Part shown: positions 16,156 to 17,231 of the stretch, in pieces | Layout of the letters: each line of letters begins with the position of its first letter | How positions within the stretch are numbered: the stretch's first letter is position 1 | DNA from: an uncultured bacterium | GTDB taxonomy: Bacteria > CSSED10-310 > CAZUFC01 | Length of the DNA stretch: 17,231 bases | NCBI GenBank assembly: GCA_964619725.1 | Contig: CAZUFC010000159.1 | Coordinates: forward strand, 1 to 17,231 | Direction: 5' to 3' | Made by a program: the position numbers and the translations under genes | The notes under the pieces: model-generated | Seen by the model: the letters and a program-made list of their open reading frames with translations, nothing else | What the model was told of the DNA's origin: nothing | The model's database searches: none

Positions 16156-17196
16156 ATGACGAAATGTAAACGCATTTTTTTCAGAATTCTGTTGTTTTTT
16201 ATAACTGTCTCGATCACTCTGGTCATGCTTGAAATGTATTTGAGGTTTTTCCGGCCGGTCAAGCATCGTCAGCCGCCTCCGCCGTTGCCGGAGGATGAGT
16301 GGTATGAGTTGTTGCACAGAAAATCGGCGATTCCCGGATTAGCGTATGAGCTTGCGCCGGGGATGAAGAAATTCTGGTACCGGACGGAGATATCGGTAAA
16401 CAGTTACGGGATGCGCGATACGGAACCTTTAGAGGGGGATGACGTAAGGAGGATAATCGCTTTGGGGGATTCTTTCACGTTCGGTTTCGGCGTCGCCGGG
16501 GAAGAGACCTATCCCAATGTTCTGGAGAGCCTGTTGAACCAGTCGGAGGTGATGGGACCACACCGATATGACGTGCTTAACATGGGAGTATCGGGATATT
16601 CAACAAAGGAGGAAGCTCTGGTATTAAAACACCGGGGTATGCAATGGGAGCCGGACCTGGTGATCATCGGGTATTTTTTGAACGATCCGGAGCTGACACC
16701 TGTTCAGTTGCTTCAGGCCTATTATCATGACGTTCACTGGTGGCAGCATTCTCACCTGCTCAGGTTGGCGGCCAGAGGCATTGAGGGTTGGAAAATATTG
16801 AGGATGGGAGACGGAGATTATTTCCGCTATTTGCATGCCGAGGGCAGCGAAAAATGGGAATCCGTTGTGAAAGCTTTCGCTGATATTCGGGATATGACGC
16901 AAAAGAAGAATTCGAAAGTTCTGCTGGTTCTTTTTCCTTTCATACCCTGGGAAAAATGGGAGGCGGAATACCCCTATGAAGACATCCACAAAAAAGTAGC
17001 TGATACGGCCAGAAATAAGGGGTTCTATGTCCTGGACCTGCTGGATGCCTACAGAGATTACGAGCCGTTCATGCTCAGGGTGTCCCGATCCGACCATCAT
17101 ATCAATGCTTTAGGCCACCGCATCGCTGCCAGAGCCATAATGAAACGGATATTATCGAAAAAAAACCTGAAATCTAATTTGATCGATGCAAAGTAA
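16156..17196 (+). CDS. SGNH/GDSL hydrolase with N-terminal membrane anchor
   Basis: Block I ALGDSFTFG, block II NMGVSGY, block III GYFLND, block V DHHIN; N-terminal TM helix; start ATG 16156 (ORF open from GTG 16123). Confidence 0.9.
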   Translation: MTKCKRIFFRILLFFITVSITLVMLEMYLRFFRPVKHRQPPPPLPEDEWYELLHRKSAIPGLAYELAPGMKKFWYRTEISVNSYGMRDTEPLEGDDVRRIIALGDSFTFGFGVAGEETYPNVLESLLNQSEVMGPHRYDVLNMGVSGYSTKEEALVLKHRGMQWEPDLVIIGYFLNDPELTPVQLLQAYYHDVHWWQHSHLLRLAARGIEGWKILRMGDGDYFRYLHAEGSEKWESVVKAFADIRDMTQKKNSKVLLVLFPFIPWEKWEAEYPYEDIHKKVADTARNKGFYVLDLLDAYRDYEPFMLRVSRSDHHINALGHRIAARAIMKRILSKKNLKSNLIDAK

Positions 17197-17231
17197 TGGG
17201 ATGCAGTTGAAATGATCAAACAAAAAGCAGT

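Noticed and set aside
15964-16317. 117-aa minus-strand ORF and other short overlapping ORFs in the track
   Set aside because: They overlap well-supported genes on the other strand or frame and lack motifs or RBS

Overview
Bacterial chromosomal window with about 18 protein-coding genes, no rRNA/tRNA/CRISPR and no intact transposase. Left: a REP-like inverted pair, then a minus-strand pair (adenosine deaminase-family enzyme plus SAM methyltransferase). Next, on the plus strand: a GyrI-like protein, a membrane-anchored SpoIIE/PP2C phosphatase, an apparently internally deleted methyltransferase and a DUF554 protein. These are followed by a minus-strand VapBC-type toxin-antitoxin (TA) module and a free-standing archaeal-type ThrRS editing domain. 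Centre: a five-gene cluster of xanthine-dehydrogenase-family Mo-hydroxylase (Mo, FAD, 2Fe-2S subunits), a CodA-like deaminase and a Udp-like nucleoside phosphorylase. All three enzymes keep their catalytic residues but differ at known base-specificity positions, which suggests an uncharacterised catabolic route for a modified or damaged nucleoside. Right: an ankyrin-like membrane protein, a Phd-VapC TA module and an SGNH hydrolase. Several intergenic regions share two families of degenerate non-coding modules that end in TTGATCA. Residue comparisons are by-eye alignments to remembered reference sequences and need computational confirmation.
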